Origin: Rhodothermales bacterium
GTDB taxonomy: Bacteria; Bacteroidota; Rhodothermia; Rhodothermales; BA12
Assembly: GCA_963793245.1 (NCBI GenBank)
Contig: CAWBZG010000005.1
Span: forward strand, 569,050-633,049
DNA: 64,000 nucleotides
Direction: 5' to 3'
Shown: one piece after another, positions 8,888 through 19,612 of the stretch
Layout: the number at the start of each line of letters is the position of its first letter
Position numbering within the stretch: the first letter of the stretch is position 1
Position numbers and translations under genes: made by a program
Notes under the pieces: model-generated
What the model saw: the letters and a program-made list of their open reading frames with translations, nothing else
Told to the model about the DNA's origin: nothing
The model's database searches: none

Positions 8888-10132
8888 TTACCGCTCCCCT
8901 CGCATGTGCGATTCCTCGCGCATCTGGCGCAGGCGCTCTTGGGCGTGGACGTATTCGTCGGGTAAGGCGCTGCTGTCTGCGGCGGTGAGGAAAGACTCGT
9001 AGGCCTGGCGGACGCGGGCGCGGTCGGCGTAGTAGGCGTCGTAGAGCGTGGCCAACCGGTAGCGAAAGGCGGCGCGTTGGGGGTCGAGGTCACGCGCCAA
9101 GTTGTAGTGGGCGATACCGCTCGGATAGCGCTCCTGAGCCTGGTCGATCTGGCCGAGATAGCCATGAACTTCGGCGAGCGTGGCCTGGTCGAGCAGTTCG
9201 GTCGTGCGCGTGAGCCAGCCGCGCGCCGTCTCGTATTCCTCCAAGGCGAGGCGCGTCAGGCCCAAGTAGTAGGTCGTCAGCCAATCGTCCGACTGGATGC
9301 GGACAGCGCGCGTGAGGACGGTGTCGGCGTTGGGATAGTCGCGGTTGAGGTAGTGCGCGGCGCCGAGCATCCGAAGCGTCGGGCCGACGGTATCGCCCAG
9401 CGCAACTGCGGTCTGGATGTGCTGGACGGCGCGCGGATAGTCCTCCAGCTTCATCTCGATGTCACCGCCACGGCGCCACACGTCGGAGTCGTCGAAGTGG
9501 CGACCGATCAGCCGGTCCCACACGCGCTTGGCCGAGATCGGCGCGTCGGTGTCGATGTAGATGCGCGTCAGGGCGAGCAGCGACGAGCGATCGAAGGGGT
9601 CGAGTTGGAGCGCAATTTCGTAGCCGACGATGGCGTCGTCGGTCCGGTCTTGCTGGAAGTGAACGAACGCGAGGCGGGCGCGCAGATAGGCGTTGGTGCT
9701 GTCGGCCTGGACGAGGGCGGTGTAGACCGGCTCGGCGTCGTTCCAGCGGCGCGTGCCCGACAGGTGGCGGGCATAGGCGAGGGCGGTCGACGTGTGCGTC
9801 GTGTCTTGGGCGTAGGCGCGGGCGAGCAGGGCGCGGGCATCGTCGGTCTTGCCGCCTGCTTCCAAGCTCTTCGCCCACGCCATCTGCACGCGTCGACTCG
9901 ACGTATCGGCCTGGGCGAACGCTTGCGAGGCGTCAGGGAAACGCGCCTGATCCGCGAATGCCAATCCGCGCAGGTAGGCAGCGTCCTGCGTCGTGTCGCT
10001 CGCGAGCAGGTCGATCGCCGACTGCGCTTCACCGTCGGCGATCAACGCGCGGGCTGTTGCGAGCGGATCAGCCTGAGTTTGGGCGAAGGCGGTGGGCGCC
10101 ACGAGGAGTGCGAGGAGCAGCAGGCGAAACAT
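8888..10132 (-). CDS. Secreted TPR-repeat protein
   Basis: Signal peptide MFRLLLLALLVAPTAFAQ followed by multiple TPR-like repeats. The start was trimmed from the long ORF. Confidence 0.6.
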   Translation of the reverse strand: MFRLLLLALLVAPTAFAQTQADPLATARALIADGEAQSAIDLLASDTTQDAAYLRGLAFADQARFPDASQAFAQADTSSRRVQMAWAKSLEAGGKTDDARALLARAYAQDTTHTSTALAYARHLSGTRRWNDAEPVYTALVQADSTNAYLRARLAFVHFQQDRTDDAIVGYEIALQLDPFDRSSLLALTRIYIDTDAPISAKRVWDRLIGRHFDDSDVWRRGGDIEMKLEDYPRAVQHIQTAVALGDTVGPTLRMLGAAHYLNRDYPNADTVLTRAVRIQSDDWLTTYYLGLTRLALEEYETARGWLTRTTELLDQATLAEVHGYLGQIDQAQERYPSGIAHYNLARDLDPQRAAFRYRLATLYDAYYADRARVRQAYESFLTAADSSALPDEYVHAQERLRQMREESHMRGER

Positions 10133-10214
10133 CAGACAGAGGCAGTTGGAGCGGTCGGTAAGAATACGAGACACGCGAGGTGCGCGATAGTCGCTCTTGG
10201 CTCGAAGCAAAGGA

Positions 10215-10246
10215 GACCTGGCAGGTCGCCGACGACCTGCCAGGTC
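10215..10246. promoter_or_regulatory. Perfect 14-bp inverted repeat with 4-nt spacer (GACCTGGCAGGTCG-CCGA-CGACCTGCCAGGTC) in the divergent TPR/gyrA promoter region
   Basis: Read directly from sequence. Lies ~140 nt upstream of the gyrA start. Confidence 0.5.
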
Positions 10247-10386
10247 CGCGTTGGGCACCCATCGCCAATCGACCAAAAACTGGCGTCTGCGGCGCTTTTT
10301 TCGTATCTTTCGACTACAAAAACCATCCCCTTTCGCGGCTCTCGAAGGCCCTTCCACCGCTGCCCTCGACGCCCTTTCGTACCTGC

Positions 10387-13170
10387 ATGGAACTGGACCC
10401 GAACGACGCTCCCCTCGACGACGCAAACCAGGGCGCGACGCCCGACGCAACCGGCGATGGTGGCGGCCTGCTTCCGCCCGGCGGCGCGGCACCGGGAGCG
10501 CTCGAAGACGCGAACGACGACAGCGCACGACGCATCATTCCGATCAACATCGACGACGAGATGCGCTCGTCGTACATCGATTACTCGATGTCGGTCATCG
10601 TCGGACGCGCACTGCCGGACGTGCGCGACGGCTTGAAGCCCGTCCACCGGCGCGTGATGTACGGCATGTCCGACCTCGGCTTGTCGGCGGGATCGGCGCA
10701 TAAAAAGAGCGCCCGTATCGTCGGCGAAGTGTTGGGCAAGTACCACCCGCACGGCGACACGGCGGTCTACGACACGATGGTCCGCATGGCGCAGGACTTC
10801 TCGATGCGCTACCCGCTCGTCGACGGACAGGGCAACTTCGGTAGTGTCGACGGCGACAGCGCGGCGGCGATGCGCTACACCGAGGCGCGCCTGACGCGGT
10901 TGGCCGAGGAGATGTTGAAGGACATCCAGAAGGAGACGGTCGACTACCAGGAGAACTTCGACGGCTCGCTCGAAGAACCCAGCGTCCTGCCCGCCGCCTA
11001 CCCGAACCTTCTGGTCAACGGATCGGACGGCATCGCGGTCGGCATGGCGACGAAGATTCCGCCGCACAACATCGGCGAAGCCATCGACGCGGTGACGGCT
11101 TACATCGCCGATCCCGACATTACGATCGACGGGCTGATGACGCACCTGCCCGCGCCCGACTTCCCGACCGGCGGCACGATCTACGGCTATCAGGGCGTCA
11201 AGGACGCGTACCACACCGGGCGCGGACGCGTGATCATGCGCGCCAAGATGCACGAGGAGGAGATTCGTCCGGGGCGGATCGCGCTGATCGTGACCGAGAT
11301 TCCGTACCAGGTCAACAAGTCGACGCTGATCGAGAAGATCGCCCTGCTCGCGCGTGAGAAGCGGTTGGACGGCATCAGCGACATGCGCGACGAGTCGGAC
11401 CGCGACGGCATGCGCATCGTGATCGAACTGCGCAAAGACGCGATCCCGGACATCGTCAAAAACCACCTCTACAAGCTGTCGCAGTTGCAGCAGACGTTCG
11501 GCGTCAACATGGTGGCGCTCGTTGCCGGACGCCCGCGCCTGCTCAACCTCAAAGAGTGCATCGGCTACTACGTCGAGCACCGCCACGACGTAGTGGTCAG
11601 AAGGACGCAGTTCGAGTTACGCAAGGCCAAAGAGCGCGCGCACATCTTGGAGGGCCTGACGATTGCGCTCGACCACTTGGACGCCGTCATCGCCATCATC
11701 CGGGGCAGCGCCGACACCGACGCGGCACGCGTCAACCTGATCGCGGGCGTCTTCCCATCGAAACTGACGACGCAGCAACTCGAACGCCTCGACTTGCCGA
11801 CCGATGGACAGCCGATGTTCGGCCTCTCGGAAGCGCAGGCAGACGCGGTTCTCGCGCTCCGCCTGTCGCGGTTGTCGGGACTGGAGCGGGCCAAGATCGA
11901 AGCCGAGTACCGCGAGGTCATGGCCGAGATCGCCCGCTTGGAAGGCATCCTCGATTCGCGCAGCGAGCGCATGGCGATCATCGTCGGCGAACTGGCCGAC
12001 GTGCGCGAACGCTTCGCCGATCCGCGCCGGACGGTCATCGACTACCACGGCGGCGGCGACTTCATCATGGAGGACATGATCGACGACGAGCAGGTCGTCG
12101 TCACGATCTCGCATCAGGGCCTGGTCAAGCGCACGAGCCTGGTCGAGTACCGCACGCAGGGACGTGGCGGCGTCGGCAGCCGAGGCGCCGGAACGCGCGA
12201 CGAGGACTACGTCGAGCAGTTGTTCTCGTGCTCGAATCACGACTATCTCCTCTTCTTCACGGACAGCGGTAAGTGCTTCTGGCTGCGCGTGTTCGAGATC
12301 CCCGAAGGCGCCCGGACCGGCAAAGGCCGCAGCATCCGCAACCTGATCCAAATCGACGCCGACGATAGGGTCCGCGCCGTTCTAGGCATCAAGAAGGCCG
12401 ATTTCGAGAACGAGGAGTTCTTGGAAGACAACTACGTCCTCATGGCGACGCGCAACGGACTGGTCAACAAGACCTCGCTCGAAGCCTTCAGCCGCCCGCG
12501 CAGCAACGGCATCATCGCCATCGCCATCGACACGGGCGACCAACTGCTCGACGCGCGCAAGACCAACGGCGACTCGCACGTCATGCTCGCCTGCTCGGGC
12601 GGTCGCTCGATCCGCTTTCACGAGGACAACGTCCGATCGACGGGACGCGGCACGCGCGGCGTCCGGGGCATGACGCTGCTCGAAGGCGAAACGCTCGTCG
12701 GCATGATCGTGATGGAAGGGCACGACGAAGACCGAGACGTGCTGACGATCTCGGCCAACGGCTACGGCAAGCGCACCAAACTGGGCGAATACCGCGCCCA
12801 GAGCCGAGGTGGAAAGGGTATCATCACGATGAACACGACCACCAAAACCGGCGCTCTCGTTGCCCTCAAAGCGGCGACGGACGAACACGATCTGATGATC
12901 GTCACGTCCAACGGCACGATCATCCGCATGGACGCCGGAAGCATCTCGACGCTGGGCCGCAACACGCAAGGCGTTCGGTTGATTTCGCTGCGCTCTGGGG
13001 ACGCCATCGCCGACGTGACGCCGCTGATCGTAGAGGATGTGGAAGAGGGTGAGGAAGCCGCCGAAACCGAGTTGGCACCGGGCATCGTCGCCGAAGACAT
13101 CGCCAAAGACGAGGCCGATACGGTCGCGGGGGAAGCTATCGAAGACGTGACGCCGGACGAGGAGGCGTAA
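10387..13170 (+). CDS. gyrA: DNA gyrase subunit A
   Basis: Conserved GyrA N-terminus [41 protein letters not shown], GyrA-box β-pinwheel repeats, and an acidic C-terminal tail. Confidence 0.95.
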   Translation: MELDPNDAPLDDANQGATPDATGDGGGLLPPGGAAPGALEDANDDSARRIIPINIDDEMRSSYIDYSMSVIVGRALPDVRDGLKPVHRRVMYGMSDLGLSAGSAHKKSARIVGEVLGKYHPHGDTAVYDTMVRMAQDFSMRYPLVDGQGNFGSVDGDSAAAMRYTEARLTRLAEEMLKDIQKETVDYQENFDGSLEEPSVLPAAYPNLLVNGSDGIAVGMATKIPPHNIGEAIDAVTAYIADPDITIDGLMTHLPAPDFPTGGTIYGYQGVKDAYHTGRGRVIMRAKMHEEEIRPGRIALIVTEIPYQVNKSTLIEKIALLAREKRLDGISDMRDESDRDGMRIVIELRKDAIPDIVKNHLYKLSQLQQTFGVNMVALVAGRPRLLNLKECIGYYVEHRHDVVVRRTQFELRKAKERAHILEGLTIALDHLDAVIAIIRGSADTDAARVNLIAGVFPSKLTTQQLERLDLPTDGQPMFGLSEAQADAVLALRLSRLSGLERAKIEAEYREVMAEIARLEGILDSRSERMAIIVGELADVRERFADPRRTVIDYHGGGDFIMEDMIDDEQVVVTISHQGLVKRTSLVEYRTQGRGGVGSRGAGTRDEDYVEQLFSCSNHDYLLFFTDSGKCFWLRVFEIPEGARTGKGRSIRNLIQIDADDRVRAVLGIKKADFENEEFLEDNYVLMATRNGLVNKTSLEAFSRPRSNGIIAIAIDTGDQLLDARKTNGDSHVMLACSGGRSIRFHEDNVRSTGRGTRGVRGMTLLEGETLVGMIVMEGHDEDRDVLTISANGYGKRTKLGEYRAQSRGGKGIITMNTTTKTGALVALKAATDEHDLMIVTSNGTIIRMDAGSISTLGRNTQGVRLISLRSGDAIADVTPLIVEDVEEGEEAAETELAPGIVAEDIAKDEADTVAGEAIEDVTPDEEA

Positions 13171-13197
13171 GCCAACCAGACATCGATTCAGCAACTC

Positions 13198-13233
13198 AAG
13201 GGCTGGCCGAGATTACCTCGGCCAGCCCTTTTT
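13198..13233 (+). terminator. Rho-independent terminator after gyrA
   Basis: GGGCTGGCCGAG-loop-CTCGGCCAGCCC followed by TTTTT. Confidence 0.7.
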
Positions 13234-13337
13234 GCATTTGGTGTGAAGAGGATTGGACGACTATTTGCATCCGTCGGATTTAAGTCTGCGCCGCATCGCC
13301 CGATAGCGCGGACACCTCCCCCCGACTCTCCCGCGCC

Positions 13338-15623
13338 ATGACCTCCTCCCGCTGGCTCACGCACCGCATCATCGCCGCCTTTTCGCTCATCGCGATCCTC
13401 GCCACAGGCTCACAGATCGTCGTTCAGCATCTGATTCGGCAGAACGCGACGACGGCGCGCGTGCTCAACGAATCGGGGAGACAGCGGATGCTCAGCCAGC
13501 AAACGGCAAAAGCGCTACTCCGCGCCTCGGCGACAGAAGGGGCCGTTCGGATGGAACACCTTTCCGAAGCCCAAGCCGCTTTGCTCCGCATGGACCGGAT
13601 GCACACGGCCCTGACGACACGCGACGACGCGCTCGGGCTGGAAGGCGATAACAGCGCTGCCATCGGCGACCACTTCGCCGAAGTCACGCCTGCACTGGCT
13701 CAACTGCATGCGGCATCGACCCAACTGGTCGCTCATCTCACTACGTCGACAGAGGCTGCGCCGATGCGGTTGCTGTCGGGTGTACAGGTTGGCGAGCGGG
13801 CGTTTCTGAGCGCGATGGACGCGCTGGTGTACGAGTACGAAACCGAGTCGCTAGCCCAAGTCGCAACGCTCGAAACGGTCGAACTGGGCCTGTTCGCAGC
13901 GATGCTCCTCACGTTGGTCGGGCTGCTGGCGTTCGTGATGCGCCCCGCTGTGCTGCAAATCCAGCAGTTGGTGCGAGGGATGAAGCGGGCCAGCATGCAG
14001 GCGAACGCGACGAGCGACGAACTGATGGAGGCCAACGAGCAACTAATGAACGCGCGCGCCGACGCCGAGGTAGCGCTTCAGGCGCGCCGCGAGTTCTTGT
14101 CGGTCGTCAGTCACGAAATGCGGACTCCGCTCAACGGCATCCTGGGCATGGCTCAGGCGATGGAGGGCACCACGACGACGACCGATCAGGCCGAATGTCT
14201 CCACGTGATCCGGCAGAGCGGTGAGAAGATGCTGGACACCGTCGGCCACATTCTCGACTACGTCGACGCGCCGCACCGCTCTAGCGGCTCGGACCGCATC
14301 GACATCCGCCAGCTGATCGACGCTGTGATGCGCGATACGGCGAGACTCTCCGAAGCTGCCGGACTCAGACTGAGCGCACGCATCGCGTCGGACGTCCCGT
14401 TATTCGTTGAGGGCGACGCGACGCGCCTGCGCACTGTTCTGCTCCACCTGCTCGCCAACGCCGTCACGTTTACCGAAACCGGATCCGTGTCGCTGCTCGT
14501 CGACGTGCACTATGGCGCCGACGAACTCAACTTCATCGTCCGCGATACCGGAGCAGGCATCGAGCCGACGCAGATCGACCAGATCTTCGACCCGTTTTAC
14601 CAGGGCGACGGCACGCACGCACGCAAAGCCGATGGCCTGGGCCTGGGGCTGAGCATCGTCCAACGGATCGTCCACGCGCTGGGCGGACGCGTCACCGTCC
14701 AGAGTGTCAAGGGCGAAGGCACCGATGTGGCCTTCTTCCTGCGTCTGCCCGAAATCGCCGAGGCGATAGCGCCGCGACGCGAAGCCTTGCGCGGACGTAG
14801 GGTGCTCATCGCCGGAGGAAGCGCACCGTCGCGTCAGGACCTGGCGCACCTGCTGCGCGACTGGGGCGTCCACACCTACTGCGTCGGCTCGCCTGCCGAT
14901 GCTCTGTCCGCGCTCGAACCCGACTCGGACTTCGACGCCTTCCTACTCGACTCGCCCGTCTCGCTGGATGAGTCCGGCGACACGCTGATCGACGATCTAG
15001 ACGAACGCCTGCCCGACGTGCCCGCCATCCTGCTCGGCTCCGACGCCGACTCGGACCGCGCGCTGCCCGATAAGAGCACGCTGCTCCGTAAACCCGTCGA
15101 CGCCGAAGAGTTGTACGAAACACTCAGCCGATCCATCGCGGCGTCGGCGCTGCGGATTTTGCAGCCGGTACGCGCCGAGATGAAGCACACGTTCGAGGCC
15201 GTTCCAGGCGTGGCCCGGATCCTCGTCGCCGAGGACCACGCGGTCCAACGCGCCGTCATCGTCCGCACGCTCGAAGGGTTGAACACCCAGGTGCATTCGG
15301 TCAGCAATGGACTGCAAGCCGTCGAAGCGTTCGAATCCGGCGCCTTCGACCTGATCTTTCTCGACATCCAGATGCCGATCATGGACGGGCTGACGGCGGC
15401 GCAACTCATCCGCCGCGAAAGCCCCTCGGCCCGCATCATCGCGCTGACGGGCATGGCCGGGCAAACCGACCGCTCGGTATTCTCGGACGCCGGATTCGAC
15501 GCGCTCCTGTTCAAACCGCTCAAACGAGAAGCCGCCGCGCAACTGATCGACCAGGCGATGAAGGCACGCGAAGAACCGATCGCCATGCCGATAGCGGCCC
15601 GCGCGACGGTCGTCGTTCGGTAA
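13338..15623 (+). CDS. Hybrid sensor histidine kinase with a PilJ/NarX-like N-terminal sensor, HisKA+HATPase, and two C-terminal receiver domains
   Basis: ESGRQRMLSQQ motif, H-box LSVVSHEMRTPLNGI, G-boxes, and REC (ILVAEDHAVQRAV...FLDIQMPIMDG). Confidence 0.85.
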   Translation: MTSSRWLTHRIIAAFSLIAILATGSQIVVQHLIRQNATTARVLNESGRQRMLSQQTAKALLRASATEGAVRMEHLSEAQAALLRMDRMHTALTTRDDALGLEGDNSAAIGDHFAEVTPALAQLHAASTQLVAHLTTSTEAAPMRLLSGVQVGERAFLSAMDALVYEYETESLAQVATLETVELGLFAAMLLTLVGLLAFVMRPAVLQIQQLVRGMKRASMQANATSDELMEANEQLMNARADAEVALQARREFLSVVSHEMRTPLNGILGMAQAMEGTTTTTDQAECLHVIRQSGEKMLDTVGHILDYVDAPHRSSGSDRIDIRQLIDAVMRDTARLSEAAGLRLSARIASDVPLFVEGDATRLRTVLLHLLANAVTFTETGSVSLLVDVHYGADELNFIVRDTGAGIEPTQIDQIFDPFYQGDGTHARKADGLGLGLSIVQRIVHALGGRVTVQSVKGEGTDVAFFLRLPEIAEAIAPRREALRGRRVLIAGGSAPSRQDLAHLLRDWGVHTYCVGSPADALSALEPDSDFDAFLLDSPVSLDESGDTLIDDLDERLPDVPAILLGSDADSDRALPDKSTLLRKPVDAEELYETLSRSIAASALRILQPVRAEMKHTFEAVPGVARILVAEDHAVQRAVIVRTLEGLNTQVHSVSNGLQAVEAFESGAFDLIFLDIQMPIMDGLTAAQLIRRESPSARIIALTGMAGQTDRSVFSDAGFDALLFKPLKREAAAQLIDQAMKAREEPIAMPIAARATVVVR

Positions 15624-16331
15624 CTACCGATTGTTCGCCTCGGCGACGCGGACGCGCTGTGTCTCGTCGATGCGGTAGGAGAAACCGCGCCCTCGCCGCT
15701 CCATCACGAACACGCCTTGCGCACGCCGCCTGTCGACGATGTCGAGTCCGTCGCGGCGCACGTACGTTGCCTCGATAATCAGCGGCTCGCCTGCGCGCGG
15801 AGGCTCCAATCGAGCGCGTGACCGAACCAGCCGCACGTCGCCGCTCGTGCTCAGCCACAGCGAGAGGCTATCGCCTGCGGCGGGATTGGGTCGTCTATCG
15901 GGCGGCGATGGAAACGCAAAGTCGTAGCGCCACGACGCGCCGTCGCGCACAGGCTGGCGAGCGAGTCGAAGCCGCAAGACGGCCCGCGCCGGCGATAGGT
16001 GCTGGGCGATCAGGCGCTGCAACGGCGGCAGCTTGCGCATCGGATCGAGCCTCCCCACGTGCCGCGCGTCGATTTCGCGCCCGTCGATGTGCATCGGGCC
16101 GTGCTTCACGTCTGGCGCAGATCCCGGCGCAAACGTCTCGAACCGGATGTACCGCAGCGTCGACGCACGACGGTGCGACTCGATCAACCGCTCGACTTCG
16201 ATGCGGGCCTCGAATGCTGCCTGGCGCTCCCGAACGCCCTGCTCTCGCGCCCAGACGGACACGTCGGGCTGGACGGCGTGCGCGCAGGGAGCGATCGCGA
16301 GTAGAATGAAGAGGACGAACAAACGGTTCAT
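15624..16331 (-). CDS. Secreted hypothetical protein
   Basis: Signal peptide MNRLFVLFILLAIAPCAHA. Its stop codon abuts the hybrid histidine kinase stop. Confidence 0.5.
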   Translation of the reverse strand: MNRLFVLFILLAIAPCAHAVQPDVSVWAREQGVRERQAAFEARIEVERLIESHRRASTLRYIRFETFAPGSAPDVKHGPMHIDGREIDARHVGRLDPMRKLPPLQRLIAQHLSPARAVLRLRLARQPVRDGASWRYDFAFPSPPDRRPNPAAGDSLSLWLSTSGDVRLVRSRARLEPPRAGEPLIIEATYVRRDGLDIVDRRRAQGVFVMERRGRGFSYRIDETQRVRVAEANNR

Positions 16332-16469
16332 GCCCTTAAGAACGGTCTATTTGTCTGCGGGATGTCACGGAAGAATGGCGAATCGCCGATTTTGAAGACA
16401 AGAGGACGGCGTCAGCGTAACTCAGACCGCGTCGCCGAGTAGCTTTCGGGTAGCCAGCCCACAAGTCCG

Positions 16470-17174
16470 ATGCCCCAGCCGCACCTGCTCGTCGTCGAAG
16501 ACGACACCCACCTTCTCGCCCTGCTCTCGACTCGTCTGCGCGACGAAGGCTACCGCGTCACGACGGCTACGACAGGCCCCGAAGCCGTCGAAGCAGCCGA
16601 GGCCGACGCGCCCGACGTGGCACTGATCGATGTGATGCTGCCGGGCTTCGACGGACTCGAAGTGTGTCGCCGTCTGCGTGCGAGCCTGCCGACGGTCTAC
16701 GTGATGATGCTGACGGCCAAGAGCAGCGAAGTCGACCGCGTCGTTGGGTTGGAAGTGGGCGCGGACGATTACGTGACCAAGCCGTTCAGCCTGCAGGAAG
16801 TCGTCGCGCGTGTTCGCTCGGGGCTTCGCCGCCTCCACATGACCGAAGCCGCGGACGAAAGCGACCAACCCATCGCCATCGACGGCCTGCTGATCGACCT
16901 GAGCCGCCGCGAAGTCTCGGTCGGTGGCGAGCCTATCCAACTGACGGTCCGCGAGTTCGACCTGCTCTACTTCCTCGCGAGCCACGCCGACAAGCCGTTC
17001 ACTCGGATGCAACTGCTCGACAAGGTCTGGGACCTGCGCTACGAAGGCTACGAGCGAACCGTCGACAGCCACGTGCAGCGCCTGCGCTCCAAGATCGAAC
17101 CCGACGCCGGATCGCCGCGCTTCGTCAAAACGGTCTGGGGCGTAGGCTACAAACTGCAATCCGAGGCGGCGTGA
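16470..17174 (+). CDS. OmpR-family response regulator
   Basis: REC domain (LLVVEDD...LIDVMLPGFDG) plus a winged-helix trans_reg_C. Confidence 0.9.
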   Translation: MPQPHLLVVEDDTHLLALLSTRLRDEGYRVTTATTGPEAVEAAEADAPDVALIDVMLPGFDGLEVCRRLRASLPTVYVMMLTAKSSEVDRVVGLEVGADDYVTKPFSLQEVVARVRSGLRRLHMTEAADESDQPIAIDGLLIDLSRREVSVGGEPIQLTVREFDLLYFLASHADKPFTRMQLLDKVWDLRYEGYERTVDSHVQRLRSKIEPDAGSPRFVKTVWGVGYKLQSEAA

Positions 17175-17318
17175 CGCGACGCACATGGCCCGACCTTTTG
17201 TCATTGCGAGGAGCGGAGCAGCCTGCCCTGAGCGCAGTCGAAGGGACGTGGCAATCGCCGCACTATCGGCTAAACTCGGAGATCGCCGCGCTTCGCTCGC
17301 CATGACAGTGATCAGGTT

Positions 17319-18878
17319 GTGCTGCTTGCCTCTCCGCCCTTCTTCCCTCCTCGCATGTCCTTCCCTCGCCCAAAAACCGTCGCCGGACGCGTCGCGCTCG
17401 TGCTTGTCGGCGTGCAGGTGGCGACGAGTTTGCTGGCCGTCGGGCTGGCGGCGGTGCTGGCATCGGGCGGAAACCGGCAACTGGCCGCGCGGAGCATGGA
17501 GCAGCAGCTGGACGCCGTCGCGCGGGAGATCGAGGAACGCGCGGCACCGCTCTACACGCTCGACGCGCTTCCGCCACTCCTGCTTTCGGACCTGGAAACG
17601 CGCTTCCTCGACCCGATCTACCTAGTCGACGCCAACGTTGACGCGATCCGATCCGTCGGCGAGGCCCCCAGCGTGCACCTCGACGACGCGACGCGTGCCG
17701 CGCTGACCGAAGCGATGGCGACGAGCGACGTGTTCGTGCAGGTAGATCCACGCAACACCGTCGGAGCCGCACCGCTTTTCGACGCCGACGGGCTGCTCGT
17801 GGGCAGTTTGCTCGTGCTGCCGATGGAGGAGACGCTGGCTCAGACGCTGGCTCCGCAACGGCAGGCGTATGCGCGCGCGTTGGCGTTGTCGGGCGTCGTC
17901 GCACTGGGGTTGGCGCTCGTACTCGGACTCGTCTACACCCAACGCCTGATCGCCCCATTGCGCACGATTACGAGCGGCATCGAACGCGTCGGCTCGGGCG
18001 ACTACTCGGGACGGCTCCCCGCCACGCGCACACCCGACGACGAAATCGGGCGGCTGACGACAGCCGTCAACCGGATGGCTGAGCAGGTCGCGGGCAGTTT
18101 CGACCGGCTGCAGACGGCGGATCGGCTGCGGCGCGACTTGATCACCAACGTCGGCCACGATCTGCGGACACCGCTCGCCGCGCTGTCGGGTTACGCGGAG
18201 GAAGCCGAGCGGCTGATGCGCGAGGGGCGACCGGACGAGTCGGCGCAAGCGCTGGCGTCGGTCCGCCGACAGAGTGGGGCGCTGGCCCGGCTGATCGACG
18301 ACCTGTTCGAGTTGTCGATCTTGGAAAGCGCTCCAGCCCCGTTGCGCCGCGAACCCGTTCCGCTGGCCGAGTTGCTGCACGACGCAGCCGACCGCCATAG
18401 GGCGCTGATGGCATCCGACGGGCTGGACTTCGCACTCGACCTACCGCCCGCCCTGCCAACGCTCGACGCCGACGGCTTACGCCTGCTCCGGTTGATCGAC
18501 AACCTGCTCGCCAACGCGCGCCGCCATACAGCCGAGGGCGGACGCGTCACGCTCTCCGCCGATTGGCAGCCGGATCACGTCGCCCTCCATGTCGCCGATA
18601 CGGGATCAGGCATCGCGCCGGACCTGCTACCGACGCTTTTCGAACGCTACCACAGAGGCGACGGCCCTCGGACGCGCGGCACGAGTACCGGCCTAGGCCT
18701 CGCCATCGCCCGGCAGATCGCCCAAGCACACGGCGGCACGCTGACGGCTCAGAGCACGTTCGGCCAGGGCAGCCGCTTCACGCTCCTCCTTCCCACAGAT
18801 CCGCTCCAAACGGATGCCGCCTTCCCAGAACACGTCGGCGAAGGCGGCATTGGCGAGCCGGACGATCGGATCAGTTGA
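17319..18878 (+). CDS. Sensor histidine kinase (TM/HAMP, HisKA, HATPase)
   Basis: H-box ITNVGHDLRTPLAAL and G-boxes. Cognate to the upstream response regulator. Alternative start at 17355. Confidence 0.85.
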   Translation: MLLASPPFFPPRMSFPRPKTVAGRVALVLVGVQVATSLLAVGLAAVLASGGNRQLAARSMEQQLDAVAREIEERAAPLYTLDALPPLLLSDLETRFLDPIYLVDANVDAIRSVGEAPSVHLDDATRAALTEAMATSDVFVQVDPRNTVGAAPLFDADGLLVGSLLVLPMEETLAQTLAPQRQAYARALALSGVVALGLALVLGLVYTQRLIAPLRTITSGIERVGSGDYSGRLPATRTPDDEIGRLTTAVNRMAEQVAGSFDRLQTADRLRRDLITNVGHDLRTPLAALSGYAEEAERLMREGRPDESAQALASVRRQSGALARLIDDLFELSILESAPAPLRREPVPLAELLHDAADRHRALMASDGLDFALDLPPALPTLDADGLRLLRLIDNLLANARRHTAEGGRVTLSADWQPDHVALHVADTGSGIAPDLLPTLFERYHRGDGPRTRGTSTGLGLAIARQIAQAHGGTLTAQSTFGQGSRFTLLLPTDPLQTDAAFPEHVGEGGIGEPDDRIS

Positions 18879-19296
18879 CCGCGATACGGCGCGGCTTGCT
18901 CTCCTCGGCTTTGGGGACGTGGACGCGTAGCACGCCATCGGTATACGACGCTTCGATGGCGTCCGCACTTACCGACTGCGGCAGGCCGAACGAGCGGTAG
19001 AAAGCGCCATACGTGCGCTCCGTTCGGACGACGTGTTCACCTTCTTGCTTGGACTCAGCGGAGCGCTGGCCCGACACGGTCAGCGTCCCATCGTGGAAGT
19101 CGATGGCGATGTCGTCGCGGTTCATGCCGGGTACGTCGATGGCGAACGCGTAGGCATCGTCGCTCTCGCGGACTTCGGCGCGGGGCGCCCACGTGTCGGT
19201 CGACGAGCGGTCGCCGCGCAGGAGGTCTTGGAACGCCGAGTCCATCTGGCGCTGGAGGGTGCGGAGGTCGCTGGAATAGCGGGTTACGTTGCTCAT
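18871..19296 (-). CDS. Hsp20/alpha-crystallin small heat-shock protein
   Basis: ACD motifs and a C-terminal GVLRVHVPK. Overlaps the histidine kinase 3' end by 8 nt. Confidence 0.85.
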   Translation of the reverse strand: MSNVTRYSSDLRTLQRQMDSAFQDLLRGDRSSTDTWAPRAEVRESDDAYAFAIDVPGMNRDDIAIDFHDGTLTVSGQRSAESKQEGEHVVRTERTYGAFYRSFGLPQSVSADAIEASYTDGVLRVHVPKAEESKPRRIAVN

Positions 19297-19377
19297 GGGT
19301 GGAATGGGTTGGTGTCGAAAGGGCAGGCGGACGGATGCCGCGCTGCGCAGTTCGCACCTTTTCAACCGGCGTGCCGA

Positions 19378-19412
19378 CGCGGTTCGTCCGTCAGGCTGGC
19401 GGACGAACCGCG
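19378..19412. promoter_or_regulatory. 13-bp perfect inverted repeat with 9-nt spacer (CGCGGTTCGTCCG-N9-CGGACGAACCGCG) upstream of hsp20
   Basis: Read directly from sequence. Its geometry resembles CIRCE but the sequence differs. Confidence 0.45.
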
Positions 19413-19612
19413 GCTTCCGTTTGCCGCTTTGACCGATCCGCGCAGCATCCCACTGACGAAGTTGCACCCCGGCTGTCGCTCCGACACGGGATGGGCTGCT
19501 TCCGGCTGACGATTCGCCACAATCCGGTTAGATCACTCATCCACCCGACTCGGCGCGTCTATTCTCGGGTGCGGCACGACTACTTTGCGCCTCTTCATCT
19601 GCCCCGATCGCC

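Noticed and set aside
10132-11586. 484-aa minus-strand ORF
   Set aside because: It is antisense to the gyrA N-terminal region and has no domain signatures.
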